A DNA stretch of 64,000 nucleotides from contig CAVXMB010000002.1 in the NCBI GenBank assembly GCA_963762745.1, positions 291,043-355,042 on the forward strand. Direction: 5' to 3'. A program made the translations under genes and the position numbers. Positions within the stretch are counted from its first letter, which is position 1, and each line of letters starts with the position of its first letter. The stretch comes from an uncultured Actinomycetota bacterium (lineage in GTDB: Bacteria > Actinomycetota > UBA4738 > HRBIN12). Below, piece after piece: positions 43,546-53,063 of the stretch. The notes below the pieces were generated by a model, which was given only the letters and a program-made list of their open reading frames with translations, did not search any database and had not been told where the DNA came from.

Positions 43546-44072
43546 TGGGGCTCACTGTGCTGCTCGGTGGTGCTCGGAGCGGGAAGTCGCAGCTCGCCTC
43601 GAGGCTCGCGTCCGCGGCGGAGGGACCGGTCGTCGTGATCGTGACCGCCGAGGCTCGGGACGAGGAGATGACGGAGCGGATCCGGCGGCATCGAGAGGCG
43701 CGGCCGGCAGCCTGGTCGACCGTCGAGACGCCCGTCGACCTGTTGGCGGCCGTCGAAGAGCTGGAACCGCATGCCTTCGTCGTGGTGGATTGCCTGTCGC
43801 TCTGGGTGTCGAACGCGATGGAGGCGGGATGGGACGACGATCGGATCGTCGATGAGGGGAGCGAGATCGCGACGGCGCTCGCGAAACGTGAAGGGAGTGC
43901 GGTCGTCGTGAGCAACGAGGTCGGCCTCGGCATCGTTCCGGTCAACGCTCTCGCACGCCGCTACCGGGACACGCTCGGCCGGGTGAACGCGACCTTCGTC
44001 GGCGAGGCGGGTCGCGCCTACTTCGTCGTCGGAGGGAAGGCCCTGGCGCTCGAGGACGTGTCACTCGCGTGA
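43545..44072 (+). CDS. cobU: Adenosylcobinamide kinase / adenosylcobinamide-phosphate guanylyltransferase
   Basis: MGLTVLLGGARSGKSQLA P-loop, VDCLSLWVSN, VSNEVGLGIVP. ATG 43545 lies in a TGATG junction with the corrected cobO stop. Confidence 0.85.
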   Translation: MGLTVLLGGARSGKSQLASRLASAAEGPVVVIVTAEARDEEMTERIRRHREARPAAWSTVETPVDLLAAVEELEPHAFVVVDCLSLWVSNAMEAGWDDDRIVDEGSEIATALAKREGSAVVVSNEVGLGIVPVNALARRYRDTLGRVNATFVGEAGRAYFVVGGKALALEDVSLA

Positions 44073-45133
44073 ACGGCGGGTTCGAGGAAGCGGTGGCGCG
44101 GATCCGGCCTCCGGACGGGGACGTGGCGCGAGAGACCTTGCAGCTCCTCGACGCGAAGACGAAGCCCCCGCGGAGTCTCGGCCGATTGGAGGATCTCGCC
44201 TGCAGGCTCGCGGCGATCCGTGGCGAGGTGCCCGCTGGTCCCTTGTCGCCCGCGATCGTGGTCGCCGCCGCCGATCACGGCGTGGCGAGCGAGGGGGTGA
44301 GTCCCTACCCGCAGGAGGTGACCGGTCAGATGCTCGCGAACTTCGCGAGCGGCGGCGCCGCGGTGGCCGTGCTCGCACGCGAGGCGGGGGCTCGTCTCGT
44401 CGTGGTCGATGCCGGCGTCAACGGCCCGCCCGCCGTCGACGGCATCCGATCGGATGTCGTGGACGACGTTCGCGGCACCGGTGACATCGCGGTCGGTCCG
44501 GCGATGACGTCCCACGTCGCGTACCGGATGCTCGATCGAGGAGCGGTCCTGGTGAACGAGCTCGCCGACGACGGCGTCGGGATCCTCGCCGTCGGTGACA
44601 TGGGCATCGGCAACACCACGGCGGCGAGCGCGCTATGTGCGGCCCTCCTGCCGGCGGATCCCCTCGAGACATGCGGGCCGGGAACGGGGCTCGACGAAGC
44701 GGGTGTCTCCAGGAAGGTGGAGGTCGTTCGGAGGGCGCTGGCCGCGAACGCGCGCGGCGCGGAAGGGTCCGATCCGATCGCCGTGCTCGCTTCGGTCGGC
44801 GGTCTGGAGATCGCGTATCTGACCGGCGTGATCCTCGGTGCCGTGTCCCGGCGTGTGCCGCTGCTCCTGGACGGCTTCGTGACGGGAGCTGCGGCGCTCG
44901 TCGCCTCCGCCATCGCGCCGGACGTCACCGGCTCGTTGATCGCGGCGACACGCTCACCGGAGCCGGGGCACGCGCTCGTCCTCGAACGACTGGGACTCGA
45001 ACCACTCCTGGAGCTCGGGCTTCGGCTCGGCGAGGGTTCCGGCGCCGCGCTGGCGCTGCCGTTGGTTCGCTCTGCGATCGCGATCCTTACGGACATGGCG
45101 ACGTTCGAGGCAGCAGGTGTCAGCCGTGCGTGA
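44069..45133 (+). CDS. cobT: Nicotinate-nucleotide--dimethylbenzimidazole phosphoribosyltransferase
   Basis: KPPRSLGRLEDLA, AADHGV, GDMGIGNTTAASAL, LRLGEGSGAALA. Confidence 0.95.
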   Translation: MNGGFEEAVARIRPPDGDVARETLQLLDAKTKPPRSLGRLEDLACRLAAIRGEVPAGPLSPAIVVAAADHGVASEGVSPYPQEVTGQMLANFASGGAAVAVLAREAGARLVVVDAGVNGPPAVDGIRSDVVDDVRGTGDIAVGPAMTSHVAYRMLDRGAVLVNELADDGVGILAVGDMGIGNTTAASALCAALLPADPLETCGPGTGLDEAGVSRKVEVVRRALAANARGAEGSDPIAVLASVGGLEIAYLTGVILGAVSRRVPLLLDGFVTGAAALVASAIAPDVTGSLIAATRSPEPGHALVLERLGLEPLLELGLRLGEGSGAALALPLVRSAIAILTDMATFEAAGVSRA

Positions 45134-45875
45134 CGCGATTCGCTCGGCTGCGGCTGCCGTCACCTTCCTCACCGCGGTGCCGATCGGTCGGCGGACCGAC
45201 ATCGGTGCCGCGGATCTGCGCGGCAGCCTGATCCTGTTCCCCGCCGTCGGCGCGCTGATCGGCGCGCTGACGGCGGTCGTCGCCTGGGGTGCGGCCATCG
45301 CGCTCCCGCCCTTCCCGGCGGCAGCCCTCGGCGTGGCCGCCGGCGCGCTCGTGACGGCGGCCATGCACCTCGACGGACTCGCCGATACCGCCGACGGGAT
45401 GGGCGCGGCGCTCTCGGGCGGAGACCCCTCGGCGGCGATGCACGATCCGCGGCTCGGTGTGTTCGGCGGCGCCGCCCTCGCGCTCGACCTGATCCTGAAG
45501 GTCTCGGTGTTGAGTGCGCTCGTCGCCGGCCCTCGGTTCCCCGTCGAGGCGATCGTGGCGAGCGCGCTCGGGCGCGCCGCCGCGATCGCCCTCATGGCCG
45601 CCGTTCCCTACGCCGGTCCCGAGTCCGGGACCGGCGGATGGACCCTGGGGATGGCGCTCGCACCTTCTCTCGTGGGGGTCATCACCGTGGCGATCTTCGG
45701 CGTCCTCGCGGTCGGGCCGGCGTTCGGCGCCATGGCCGCTGCCGGTGTGATCGTTGTGGCCGTCGTCGGGCGATGGTCGCGCCGCCGCCTCGGCGGGATG
45801 ACGGGAGACACGCTCGGCGCGACGGTTGAGCTCACGGAGACGCTGGCGTTGACCGCTGCCCTCGCGTTCCGCTGA
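45117..45875 (+). CDS. cobS: Adenosylcobinamide-GDP ribazoletransferase (cobalamin synthase)
   Basis: FLTAVPIG, HLDGLADTADG, multi-TM. GTG 45117 or 45126. Confidence 0.9.
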   Translation: MSAVRDAIRSAAAAVTFLTAVPIGRRTDIGAADLRGSLILFPAVGALIGALTAVVAWGAAIALPPFPAAALGVAAGALVTAAMHLDGLADTADGMGAALSGGDPSAAMHDPRLGVFGGAALALDLILKVSVLSALVAGPRFPVEAIVASALGRAAAIALMAAVPYAGPESGTGGWTLGMALAPSLVGVITVAIFGVLAVGPAFGAMAAAGVIVVAVVGRWSRRRLGGMTGDTLGATVELTETLALTAALAFR

Positions 45876-45922
45876 GGGCACTACGCGTCTGAGGTACCAA
45901 GAGACGCCAGGAGGGTTCCTGC

Positions 45923-46324
45923 GTGAGCCAACCGATCGTCCTCGCATCGCGCACGGGTGGATCGTTGGAACTGACGCCGGCCGGAACCGCGGATGACGGA
46001 CGCAGGCGCTATTGGTTGGTGCGCGTGCGAGGCGAAGGCCTCGATGCTCAGACCCGTTGCAGTGAAGCGGACTGGCTCCCCGAAGATCTCGCATCCTTCT
46101 TCGCTCGGCTGGCCCACGAGACGGATACATATGAGGAAGACGTGTGGCATTCGGAGGAGCTCCGCCTCGTGATATCCCATCCGAAGGCGAACACGATGCT
46201 GATCCAGGCGAACCTGGTGTTCCAGGCCCCGCCCGTGTGGACGGTGGAGGCGCAGATCGAGATGGATCCCGGTGCCTTCGGTCAAGCCGCCGAGCTCATC
46301 CGACTCGCTTCCGACGGATCCTGA
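45923..46324 (+). CDS. Hypothetical protein (possibly a DUF6228-like actinobacterial family)
   Basis: GTG start with an AGGAGGG SD 7 nt upstream. Locally lower GC. The family name is recalled from memory only. Confidence 0.5.
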   Translation: MSQPIVLASRTGGSLELTPAGTADDGRRRYWLVRVRGEGLDAQTRCSEADWLPEDLASFFARLAHETDTYEEDVWHSEELRLVISHPKANTMLIQANLVFQAPPVWTVEAQIEMDPGAFGQAAELIRLASDGS

Positions 46325-46346
46325 GGTCGCTACGGACGCGTGCGCG

Positions 46347-47184
46347 CTAGGTCTGCTCCTTCAGATACCGCTCGATCTCCGTGGCCAGCTCGTCGCCCGT
46401 GGGCATCCGCTCGTCGCTCGCGAGCGCTTCCAGCCGCGTGAGGTACTCGCGTGAGTCCTCGTCCTCAGCGATCGCCGCGTCCAGGCGCTGACGTTGGGCG
46501 ACGGCATCCTCGCCCAGCGTCCCCAGCGGGATGGTCACGCCGAGGCGGCGCTCCAGATGTTGCAGCAGCGCCAGCGTGGCGGGCGCGTACGCCGTCGCCC
46601 CGATGTAGTGCGGCACCTGCGCGTAGTAGCCGATCGCGGGGATCCCCGCGCTCGCGACGGTCATCTCGACCGCGGACAGCGCGGCGGCCGGCACCCGCAG
46701 GATGCCGCCCGGGCCCTGCTGCTCCCCGTCCCGGAGTACCGCAGCGGTGGACGCCGTCGCGAGCACCGGCACGGAGCGCGTGTGCGGCACCGCCGCCGGG
46801 ATCGCGCCGAGGCTGATCCACTCGACGACGCCGAGACGCCGCGCCAGGTCCACGACGTCGTCGCCGAGCTGCTTCCACTTGTAGTCGGGCTCGGGTCCGA
46901 CCAGCACGAGGATGTCGCGGTCCCCGACATGCACGTGCCGGAGCAGGATGTCCGGCCACTCCATCTTGGCGAGGACGCCGTCGACGACGTCGAGGACCGG
47001 CCGCCTGGCCCGGTAGTCGTTCAGGGAGTCCACGTCGAACGAGGCGACCACGTGGCCCTCCTCGGCCACGTGGTTCGCGCACGCGGTCGCGACGCCGGCC
47101 GCGTCGATCCAGCCGTCGAATGCCGCGACGAGGACGGGTGCCGAGAGCATCGGGATCGGCTCCTGGAGTCGGTAGAGGCTCACG
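46347..47184 (-). CDS. PAC2 (proteasome assembly chaperone 2-like) family protein
   Basis: PVLVAAFDGWIDAAGVA, ILVLVGPEPDYKW, IPAIGYYAQVPHY. The GTG 47184 start is tentative. Confidence 0.8.
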
Positions 47185-47244
47185 CTTCGAGCATAGCCCT
47201 CACGGCGCGAGAGCCCTCCCGCCGTCTCCCGACGTACAAGGAGC

Positions 47245-48231
47245 GTGAGCAGCCTGCTGTACCCGGTGCGACGCCCGTTGCGGTTCCTTGCCTTCCCGGT
47301 GCTCGCCGCGATCCTCGCAGCCTGCGCGGGCGATGTGATCGGCGAGTTCCCGTCGCCGCCTCCCCCGGCGATCACCGAGTCCCCGACTCCCGAGCTCGAC
47401 GAAGGGATCCTGGCCGAGATCGCCGTGGACGGCAGCCCCTGCTTCCTCGCCGAGGCGGGGGGTCGCGTCTGGGTCACGTCCTTCGACGGCAACGAGCTGA
47501 CCGAGATCGATCCGGCGACGAACGAGGTCGTCCGGACGTACCGGATGCCCGGCGGACCGTGCGGCATGGTCGAGCGCGACGGCACGCTCTGGATCGAGAC
47601 GCGCAACATGCTCCTCGCGTTCGACCCGAGGCGCGGCGAGGTCACCGAGCGGGTGCGGGTCCCCGGCGGCGTCTTCGGTGTCACGTCGACCCCCACGGGG
47701 CTTTGGGGCGTTGCGGCGGGGGCCGAACAGGTCGTGCAGATCGATCCGGCGTCGAAGCGCGTGGTGGCCCGGGTCGACATCGAGGGACCGCTCGGTGGCC
47801 TGGCCGTCGAGGGAGACCAGATCTGGACCGTCGCCGCCAGGAGCGAGCTCGTGAGGATCGATCCGAGGAGCCACTCGATCGCAGATCGGATCCCGCTCGA
47901 TTCCTACGAGCCGGAGGGACTCGCGATCGGCGGGAACTTCCTGTGGGTGTCGAGCTCCTTCGAGGGAGACGTCCTGCGTGTCGACCTCCGGACGGGGAAG
48001 GTCCGGGACCGCCTCACCGTGGACGGCTCCCTCTTCGGCGGCGTCGTCATCGGCGACTCGTACTGGGTGTCCGGGAACAACGGCACGATCTTCCAGCTGG
48101 ACGCCGGGAGCGGAGAGGTCGTCGACCAGCTCGAGCTGGTCGGTTTCGGTCCCATCCCCGCCGCGGGCAACCTGTGGACCGTGGACTTCCTGTCCAACAC
48201 CGTCTTCCGGCTCGACGAGGACGCGGACTGA
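47245..48231 (+). CDS. Lipoprotein with beta-propeller-type repeats (YncE/Vgb-like)
   Basis: Lipobox LAAILAACAG. Repeats of the form g.lWV....g..l..IDP.t..V. The start may instead be GTG 47266. Confidence 0.65.
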   Translation: MSSLLYPVRRPLRFLAFPVLAAILAACAGDVIGEFPSPPPPAITESPTPELDEGILAEIAVDGSPCFLAEAGGRVWVTSFDGNELTEIDPATNEVVRTYRMPGGPCGMVERDGTLWIETRNMLLAFDPRRGEVTERVRVPGGVFGVTSTPTGLWGVAAGAEQVVQIDPASKRVVARVDIEGPLGGLAVEGDQIWTVAARSELVRIDPRSHSIADRIPLDSYEPEGLAIGGNFLWVSSSFEGDVLRVDLRTGKVRDRLTVDGSLFGGVVIGDSYWVSGNNGTIFQLDAGSGEVVDQLELVGFGPIPAAGNLWTVDFLSNTVFRLDEDAD

Positions 48232-48317
48232 CCCCCATGGCCATCCGACCCCGGTCCGTTGGCCTGGGTCTTCCGGCCGATGCCCGCGACCCGTTCGGGG
48301 GATAATCTCGTCCCGTC

Positions 48318-48758
48318 ATGAGCGCGATCGAAGAGCACGTCTACCGGGTCCATCTCGCCGAGCCGGGAGGGGGCGTCGCGGTCAAGGACGTGCCGACGGA
48401 CTCCTTCGAGGCGACCGAGCGAGGCATCCTTCTGAACGGGACGACGGTCGTTCCCTGGCATCGCGTGATCCGATACGTCAAGGACGTGGTGCAGCCGCTC
48501 GGAGAGCCGGAGCTGATGACGCACGCGGAGGTGCGCGCCTGGCTGGATGACGGCTCGGAGGCAGGCGAGACCCTTCGGATCCGCGCCGATCGGTTCGACC
48601 CCAGCCCATGGACGGCGGATCTCCTCGTGGTCGAGGGCGTGAACATCGAGGCCGCCACGATCCATCTGAAGAAGATCCACGTGCCGTGGGGCAGGGTCCT
48701 CGAGTACGAGCGCGTCCCGCTCCCCGTCAAAGACGTCGTGCCCGTCCGTCCCGACTGA
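48318..48758 (+). CDS. Hypothetical protein with two DUF504/MJ1316-like P-W-[HG]-R-V motifs
   Basis: TTVVPWHRVIRYV and IHVPWGRVLEYERV. The assignment is weak. Confidence 0.4.
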   Translation: MSAIEEHVYRVHLAEPGGGVAVKDVPTDSFEATERGILLNGTTVVPWHRVIRYVKDVVQPLGEPELMTHAEVRAWLDDGSEAGETLRIRADRFDPSPWTADLLVVEGVNIEAATIHLKKIHVPWGRVLEYERVPLPVKDVVPVRPD

Positions 48759-48770
48759 CGTCGGAAGGGA

Positions 48771-49130
48771 TCACCCCTCCGGACCCAACACCGTCTTCAG
48801 GGTCGACATCGCGTTCATCGCGGGAGGGAAGCCGGCGATCGTCGCGGTCTGCAGGATGATCTCGCGGAGCTCGTCGGGCGTGAGTCCGGCTTTGAGCGAC
48901 GCGCGGAGATGCTGCGGGATCTGGGAGGAGCGGCCCGTTGCCACCAGCGCCGCGACCGCGGCGATCTCTCTGTCTCGAAGCGTCAGTCCCGGCCGGGAGT
49001 AGACGTCGCCGTAGGCGAACTCCACGATCGCGCGGCCGAGATCGCCGAGGCCCTCGACCGTCGCGAGCGCCTTGTCGTCGTGCACCTCGAGGAACCGCTC
49101 CCGGCCCCGCTCGTACCGCTCGTCGCTCAC
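48771..49130 (-). CDS. Carboxymuconolactone decarboxylase family protein
   Basis: GDVYSRPGLTLRDREIAAVAALVATGRSSQIPQHLRASLKAGLTPDELREIILQ. Confidence 0.85.
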   Translation of the reverse strand: MSDERYERGRERFLEVHDDKALATVEGLGDLGRAIVEFAYGDVYSRPGLTLRDREIAAVAALVATGRSSQIPQHLRASLKAGLTPDELREIILQTATIAGFPPAMNAMSTLKTVLGPEG

Positions 49131-49160
49131 CGGTGCTCCTTCCGCCGGGCCTCTTCGGGC

Positions 49161-50360
49161 CTATGGACTGACGCGGAGGCCCTCGAGCCCCCGGATGATG
49201 TAGTTGGGTCTGTACGTCGGCTCCTCGATCAGCTCGAGGTCCGGCATGCGCTCCAGCAGCGTCCGGAACGAGATCTGCAGCTCCATCCGGCCGAGGGCGG
49301 CGCCCAGGCAGAAGTGGATCCCGGCCCCGAACGTGAGATGGGGGTTGGGTTTCCGGTCCAGACGCAGCTCATCGGGATCGTCGAAGACGTCCTCGTCGCG
49401 GTTCGCGGAGTCGAAGAGCAGCCCGAGCTCGGCACCCTTCGGGATCGCGACGCCGTGGATCTCGAACGGCTCGAGGACCCATCGCTCGAACATCGGGAGC
49501 GGGGTCTGGAACCGCAGCAGCTCCTCGACACCAGTCGGGATGAGCGACGGATCGGCGCGGAGCTCCTTGAGGCGATCCGGATGCCGGAACAGCGCCCACC
49601 ATCCGAGCAAGGTGGAGTTCACGGTCGCCTCGTGGCCGGCGTTGAGCAGCAGCACGCACGTGCCCACGAGCTCGTCCTCGGTGAGATGCTCGCCCTCCTC
49701 GACCACGTGGACGAGCGCCGAGATCAGGTCCTCGCCGGGATGCGTTCGACGTTCGCGCGCGAGCCCCCGCAGGTACTCGGAGAACTCGACGCTCGCCCGG
49801 ACGGCGTCCTGCTGCGACGACTCCGGCGGGTTCAGCTCGTACATCTTCACGATGTCGGCCGACCACGGACGCAGCAGGTGATGATCCGAGCTCGGGACCC
49901 CGAGCATGTCCCCGATCACGGTGACGGGGAGCGGCTCCGCCAGCGTCGGGAGCATGTCGAACGCTCCCGTCCCCGCCACTTCGTCGACCAGTCCGTCGAA
50001 GATCTCCTGCACGCGAGGGCGAAGGGCTTCGACGAACTTCGGCGTGAAGGCCTTCGACACGAGCTTCCGAACGCGCGTGTGATCGGGCGGCTCCATATCG
50101 AGGATCCCCGCGTTGATGAGGTCCCAGAACGGTCCGTGCCACTCGGGCGGCTCCGGCCGCCCCATCTCCTCGTGGCTCGACGTGTGGAGGTAGGTGCGGC
50201 CGAAGCGGCGATCGCGCAGGAGCGTGTCGACGTCCCGGTAGCGGGAGATCAGCCAGTGATCGGTGGCCTCGTCGTAGAGGACCGGAGCGGAGCGCCGGAG
50301 CTCCTCGTACTCGCGGTACGGATCCGCGATGAAGTCGACCTCGGTCGGCGCGAAGCGCAT
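49161..50360 (-). CDS. Cytochrome P450
   Basis: Heme-binding loop [15 protein letters not shown], the EELLR (ExxR) motif, and AGHEAT in the I-helix. ATG 50360. Confidence 0.9.
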   Translation of the reverse strand: MRFAPTEVDFIADPYREYEELRRSAPVLYDEATDHWLISRYRDVDTLLRDRRFGRTYLHTSSHEEMGRPEPPEWHGPFWDLINAGILDMEPPDHTRVRKLVSKAFTPKFVEALRPRVQEIFDGLVDEVAGTGAFDMLPTLAEPLPVTVIGDMLGVPSSDHHLLRPWSADIVKMYELNPPESSQQDAVRASVEFSEYLRGLARERRTHPGEDLISALVHVVEEGEHLTEDELVGTCVLLLNAGHEATVNSTLLGWWALFRHPDRLKELRADPSLIPTGVEELLRFQTPLPMFERWVLEPFEIHGVAIPKGAELGLLFDSANRDEDVFDDPDELRLDRKPNPHLTFGAGIHFCLGAALGRMELQISFRTLLERMPDLELIEEPTYRPNYIIRGLEGLRVSP

Positions 50361-50416
50361 GGACGGACGATACCGAGGATGCGAGGAGCCGACGTCCTGC
50401 CCGGTGGCGCCGGCCG

Positions 50417-51720
50417 TCAGCCCACCGCGACGCCGGTCACCGGACACGCGAACTGCCACGTGTCGGATGCGACGTACGCCGGCGTGGTCGTGAACCAGGA
50501 CGCGGGGACGGGCGCGGTGAGCGTCGACATCGTCGAGAGGTCCGCCTTCCGGTCGATCCGGAGCACCTGGACACCGAGGTAGGCGTCCGCGGTGTACACG
50601 ATGCTGCGCGTCGGATCGGTCGGGGACCAGTAGGCCCCCCACGTGGAGCCGTTCGCCGGCAGGTAGAAGCCGACCTGGCGGATGTCCCGCGGGTTGTGCA
50701 CGTCGAGGAATCGGGTTCCCTGCTCGTACCAGCCGACCGCCACGAGGTCCTTGGACACCTCGAACCAGTGGGACGAGCAGTTGACGCTGGCGGCGGCCTT
50801 CGAGTCCGAGCCGTTCATCTCGGTCATCCAGGTGTCGAGGGGCTTGAGCCCGCCGACGCTCATGCCGATCGACCACGTCTCGAACTTCCCTTGGCCGCGG
50901 CAGCCGCCCGGCGGCACCTCGTCGATGTATCGACGTAGTCCTCCTCGGTGATGAGCAGGGTGTTCCCGTTCCGCTTGGAGTTGTGGAGGATGAAGTCGTT
51001 GTAGGGCGAGGGGTTCACGGCGGCCGCACCCGTGGAGGACACGAGCCTGGGCGCCAGCGGGTCAGCCGTGAGCTGGTAGCCCGCGGCGCCGCCTCCGCCG
51101 GTGGACCAGAGCACGCCCTTCGAGTCCCGCTCCGTGTCGTGCGAGACCGGGAAGTCGGCCGACTTCGAGGCCTCGGACTCGAACTTCCCGAGCGAGCGCG
51201 GCGCCGCCGGGTTCGACAGATCGAACACCTCGACGAGGTTGCCGCCGTCGAGCCACATCTGCGAGCAGTCCGCGCTGACGAAGTTGGCGATGTGGCCGGC
51301 GCCGCGGCCGTTGCCCGTCAGCCCGACGGGCGTGACGGACACCAGCGCGGGGCTCCTCGGCGCCGAGATGTCGAACGCGTACAGGACGGATCCGAGATCC
51401 TCTTCGGCTCGGTCGTGGGTGATCAGGAGCGTGTTGCCGCAGAGGTCGACGTCCTCGTTCTCGAAGTGGGGGAGCGGGTAGGCGGCGACCACCGCCGGCG
51501 CGGCGGGGATCGCGATGTCGAGAACCGTGAGGCCCGTGGGGCCCGTGACGAACGCCCAGTGGTCCTTGAAGACCATCCCCAGGGCGGGTCCCGTGGGCAC
51601 GTCGCCGAGGAGCTGGACGTTGGAGGACTTCGCGAGCGGCGGCAGGCCCGGCGCGAGGGCTTCCGCGGGCTGGATCCCGAGCGCGATCACGATCGCTGCC
51701 AGCACAACGAGGGCGCGCAT
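50417..51720 (-). pseudogene. Secreted LVIVD-repeat beta-propeller protein disrupted by an 8-bp tandem duplication
   Basis: ORFs 50860..51744 and 50417..50917 are two halves of one gene. On the coding strand TACGTCGA|TACATCGA (plus strand 50922-50937). Removing one copy gives ..[26 protein letters not shown].. in frame. Confidence 0.75.
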
Positions 51721-51799
51721 GCGAGATGCACTGCGTCCGTTCACTCGTCCGGCCGTACCCCTATCTCACGGCCTCCAAACCCTTTTCTTCCTCTCGCGC

Positions 51800-52330
51800 T
51801 CAGAACCAATCGTCGAACGCACGCCGAGCCGAGACGGTGAGGCGGTCGGTTCGCTCTCGAACGAACCAGGCCAGCTCCTCGCCGTCTCCACCTCTCGGCA
51901 GAGCGGCGCTGCGGCAGGCGATCGACCGTTCCCCTTGCGCCCACGCGGCCTCGCCGATCGGCTGGGTCCGCTCCCATCCGATCTTCCGACCTCGTGAGTT
52001 GTGGGGGTAGGTCGCGGGCAGCGAGGCGGCGCGACACCCGGCCTCTGTGACGACGTCAACGGCCCAGTGCGACGGCACGTCGGTCTCGATCAGGACCGGC
52101 CGACGGTCGGACCGCAGGTCGAGGAGCCCGTAGGGGAGGCCGTCGAAGCGGCCGAGGACCACCGCACGCGCGACGGCAGCGGTCGCGCACAGGTAGAGGA
52201 CCGGGAACGAGCCCGGAGGATTCCAGCGGCCCCCGCGCACTGCGGCGAACGACGGGTCGAGCGGCCTCCGCCAGTCCGGGTGCGCCACGCGAACGAAGCG
52301 GCCGGAGCGCGTGACGTGCCGGTACCGCAC
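51800..52330 (-). CDS. RES-domain toxin (NAD+-targeting RES-Xre/ParST/MbcTA class)
   Basis: GGRWNPPGSFPVLYLCATAAVA, LIETDVP, and the C-terminal SIACRSAAL. GTG 52330 lies 2 nt after the antitoxin stop. Confidence 0.8.
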   Translation of the reverse strand: MRYRHVTRSGRFVRVAHPDWRRPLDPSFAAVRGGRWNPPGSFPVLYLCATAAVARAVVLGRFDGLPYGLLDLRSDRRPVLIETDVPSHWAVDVVTEAGCRAASLPATYPHNSRGRKIGWERTQPIGEAAWAQGERSIACRSAALPRGGDGEELAWFVRERTDRLTVSARRAFDDWF

Positions 52331-52332
52331 CT

Positions 52333-53013
52333 CTACGCGGTGCTCGCCCAGTCGAAGGAGCGCTCGACCGAATCGAGGAGCTCGTCGTGCCGGTCGTCGG
52401 CGATCAGCTCGAGCATCGACCGCCCCCCGTACGCGGCGGCGTCGGAGCGCACCACGGCGGCGATCCGTGAGGGTTGCAGGTTCCGTGCGAGCAGGTCCCC
52501 GATCCGGATGACCTGCAGCAGCTTGGGCTGCCGGGCGGCCGGGACCCCGTCCTCCAGCCACTGTTGCACCGCCTGACGGGTGACGCCGAACAACCGAGCG
52601 ACGTCGGAGATGGAGAGCTGCCAGCCGGCCATCAGCTGGGCGAGCTCCGAGCCACCGCCGGCGAGCTCGTCCAGGACGGCGAGGGTGAACCGCTCGTAGT
52701 GGATCGGTGCGGGCACCGGCGCGGGAGGCGACGAGATCGAGGAGGGACGCATCCCCTGGATGATGCCCGCCGCCGCCGACAGCAAGGCTTGGATCGGGCC
52801 GTCGGGGTGGAAGGGCGCGGTCAGCGCGACGTGATCGAGCACGTCGGCCGCGGCCGCCGCCGCGTCGTGTGAGGCGAGCAGCGATCGAACGAGCCCGCGC
52901 CATGCCCTCGCGTAGCGGCGTGCGGCCGCGGCCTCGCCGCGGAGCGCTTTCGGCAGCGCGCGTTCCACCTCGCGAACGAGGTCACCGGGGAGCTGGATCG
53001 TCGCGACCGCCAT
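52333..53013 (-). CDS. Xre-like/DUF2384 antitoxin for the RES toxin (long form; may start at the internal Met, about 138 aa)
   Basis: HTH ISDVARLFGVTRQAVQQWLEDG and the DUF2384-like GGRSMLELIADDRHDELL. Confidence 0.75.
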   Translation of the reverse strand: MAVATIQLPGDLVREVERALPKALRGEAAAARRYARAWRGLVRSLLASHDAAAAAADVLDHVALTAPFHPDGPIQALLSAAAGIIQGMRPSSISSPPAPVPAPIHYERFTLAVLDELAGGGSELAQLMAGWQLSISDVARLFGVTRQAVQQWLEDGVPAARQPKLLQVIRIGDLLARNLQPSRIAAVVRSDAAAYGGRSMLELIADDRHDELLDSVERSFDWASTA

Positions 53014-53026
53014 GCGGGCAGCTTAC

Positions 53027-53063
53027 CGCAAGCGGAACGCAAGGGCAAGCGAAACGCAAGCGG
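53027..53063 (-). promoter_or_regulatory. Direct GCAAG(C/G)G repeats in the 62-bp region upstream of the Xre-RES operon (operator candidate)
   Basis: GCAAG starts at 53028, 53039, 53045 and 53056 (plus strand), with 11-bp phasing between outer copies. Confidence 0.3.
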
